64,000 nt of DNA from Narcine bancroftii (lineage: Eukaryota), in contig NC_091471.1 in assembly GCF_036971445.1 (NCBI RefSeq), positions 249,054,001-249,118,000 on the forward strand, given 5' to 3'. Position 1 is the first letter of the stretch; each line of letters begins with the position of its first letter. The notes beneath the pieces are model-generated. The model did not search any database, was not told the origin of the DNA, and saw nothing but the letters and a program-made list of their open reading frames with translations. Below are positions 61,350 through 64,000 of the stretch, one piece after another. Position numbers and translations under genes: made by a program.

Positions 61350-62231
61350 GTAAGACCAACTTTGGTCCACAAACTTTGGCTGACCCTGAGGTGAGCGGCA
61401 AGAGTGAGTGGGCTAGTGTTGAGGTGGGGGTAGATATATGGCTCTGTGGTTGCCGCCGTACTGGGATGGGTTGTGGAGGGTGTGGCGTAGTGGTGACAGT
61501 GCGATGATACTGACGGTTGGTGTGACCTCATCGAAGAAGCAACACTCCTCAGTTGTCTTCCTTCTTCCATCAGGTGCTTCACTTGGTGATTTGACCTCTG
61601 GTCTTCAGCTGTATTGTTATATGAAATAAAGCAAAGCAACAGGCTGTTCAGACCATCGAGTCCATGCTGACTACCAGCCACCCATTTTTCACACTAATCC
61701 TATGCTAAATCATTGCATCCTCCCTACATTCCCATCAGCATCTTCCCTCCTAGATTTTTAAAATTGTTTATTAACAACACGGTAGAAGTCAATTCCAGCC
61801 ATTTAAACCCATGCCAACTAATTACACCCAAATTAACCTACAACACCACGTGTTTGAAGGTTGAGAGGAAACCAGAGCACCTGAGGAAAACCCACGCAGA
61901 CACGGGGAGAAAGTGCAAACTCCTTACAGACAGCGCCAGTTTCAAACCAGGTAACTGGCACCGTAAAAGTGTTGCACTAACCGCTACGTTAACCATGCCA
62001 CACACCTACAGGCTAAAGGGAATTTACAACAGTTATTAACCTACCATCCTGCATATCATTACTGGAGCATCCAGTGGAAGTCCATGCAGTCACGGAGAGA
62101 AATAAAATCTTCAGTTAGCATCAGGGCCTTCTGAATCATGAGCTAGCAGCTCCACATACCTGCATCACTGCTTCACCCACCTTTTCACTCCCACTCATAC
62201 TGAAACACCACTCCTTTCTCTCTTTTTGCAG

Positions 62232-62280
62232 AAAGTGAACTGTGTTCAGTTCAACGAGGAGTCGACTGTCATTGTTTCAG
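62232..62280 (+). CDS. WDR83: WDR83 coding exon 4
   Basis: KVNCVQFNEESTVIVS(G); tttttgcag/gtgag. Confidence 0.93.
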
Positions 62281-63865
62281 GTGAGAACTCTGTTGGAGGG
62301 AGCCATATGGGAAACCCGTGTTCAAAGCAGGCACGGTCTGACTTGTTGAAAGCCGTCACCTCACCTCGGCAGTCCATCTCCAGCCTGTTCCACAGCCCCT
62401 AGTCTCAGTGCTGATTAATTCAGTGTGAGGACAAACAGAGCATAGACTCTGAACCCCAGTAGGTTGCTGCATTGGGATTTGGTTCCCCCTCTTTCTCTGA
62501 ATGTACCAACCCCTCCCTTAAAGGAACAACTCCTCAGCGGAGCTTCACCCACCCTTGACATGTCACCCAGTACTCATGGCCAGCTAGGCCACTGATCAGC
62601 AGGCAGAAGGTGAAACGTGACAGTCCGCAGACCCCGTGATTGTAGTCAAAACGCAGGAATACTGGACAAACTCAGCCGGTCTCATAGGAGGTAAAGATAT
62701 AGAGATAGTAATTCTGGTGAGAATCTCAAGTTTGGAAGTGTTGATTTTATACTGTAAAATAAGAAAATTAATGGCACAGAAGGCCATTAAGATGGGTGTA
62801 GAACAGTTAAAAACCCTTGTTATCCAGAATTCAAGCAACCGGCAAAGAAATAGAGGAAAATAATTACATTTTCAAAAATTAAAATAAATAAACATTTAAA
62901 TAAAAGATTAAAACTCTAAAAGTAAATGTTCTCTGAAGTAACACATAAACATTTGGTGAAGATGGGAGCAAATATTCAGCTTGTGGAGTGCCTTGGTCAT
63001 GCTTTGGTATTTAGATATAGTTGTGTTTGAATAAAATGGTGTCGCCCGGGACGAAGAGCTAGTTGATGCCGCTCACCGTTAGCTGCCTACTTAGTAAGCG
63101 TCTTAGTAAGATGCTCGCTCCTTGCTTAGTCTCTATCCTTATTATCTTGTAAAGTATATTAGTAAAACTTTATCTGTAAAGTTGGCGGGGGGGGGGGTTA
63201 ATTGTCTATAATGTTCATCTTTCATGGATATGCCGCAACAGCTAAAGAATATGACTGAAAATAAATTCTGTAAGGTTTATATATATTCATGCAAGTGAAG
63301 TTTGTTCAGTGTAAGTAAGTATACAGAAAAAGTTTGAAAATCTGGATGCCCGACATCTGGATCACCCGAGAATCCGGACTACTCGAAAACTCAGCTTTTG
63401 CATGCGTGCGTGCTTTGTGTAAGCACCACAGATAATCCAGAAAATCTGGACCTACCCAACCACAAGCAGTCCGGATTTTAAGACATACTGCAGTATTTTT
63501 GTCTTTTAAACTGTTTATTCCTAATGTAGGTGTATTAATTAGATATTGTAAGAGTGAGTCTCAAGCAACCGGAAAACTCACTTATCCAGGATTTACCAAT
63601 CCTCACAGGTGCTGGATGCCAGGGGTTTTACTGTGATTGTAAGAGCTCCCAACATGATCCCACTTTCTAGTACGTGCACTTCAGGTCTATCATTAGCCTC
63701 AATGGTGAAGCTGCTGATAGACCAATACATTTCACCCACTTCCTTTCACCCCCTCTAGTCTGTTGCACCATTCAGTGGACTCGGTAGTGAAATGGGAGTG
63801 TCTGCCAGTGTGTGCCCTGTTTTTAAGTTCTTGGGTTGTTAACTGGGCCAATCATCTGATCGCAG

Positions 63866-63992
63866 GTTCCATTGACTGCTCGATTAAATGTTGGGATTGT
63901 CGCTCCCGGAAACCAGAGGCCATTCAGAATCTCAATGAAGCCAAGGACGGCATTTCCAGTGTGAAGGTTTCGGACCATGAAATTCTGTCAGG
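63866..63992 (+). CDS. WDR83: WDR83 coding exon 5 (gene continues beyond the window)
   Basis: GSIDCSIKCWDCRSRKPEAIQNLNEAKDGISSVKVSDHEILSG; cag/gtgag. Confidence 0.93.
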
Positions 63993-64000
63993 GTGAGAGT

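Overview
Vertebrate genomic DNA, most likely a cartilaginous fish (ray or shark; inferred from the repeat families). It contains five spliced genes, reconstructed by hand from GT-AG boundaries and reading phase. (1) The last five coding exons of GTF2F1 (+, 190-4935). (2) A complete two-coding-exon GDNF-family ligand, persephin by synteny (+, 27429-29169, 195 aa). (3) ALKBH7 (-, four exons, 36068-30141), convergent with PSPN. (4) WDR83OS/Asterix (-, four exons, 54847-42292). (5) The first five coding exons of WDR83/MORG1 (+, 54917-63992), head-to-head with WDR83OS. The rest is dense with transposons: CR1, Rex/Babar-like, Tx1 and young RTE LINEs, tRNA-derived SINEs, Penelope-like fragments with hammerhead-ribozyme-like motifs, Chapaev3-like and hAT non-autonomous elements, a solo LTR, and a decayed ~5 kb Mag-like Gypsy element nested in a TIR element in WDR83OS intron 1. 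I found no clearly new protein system. The most notable signals are variant minimal hammerhead motifs, a twin-priming-like inverted RTE insertion, interdigitated PSPN/ALKBH7 poly(A) signals, a possible CUG start for WDR83OS, and a TISU-type uORF in ALKBH7. Family assignments come from recalled motifs, not database searches; repeat boundaries without TSDs are approximate.
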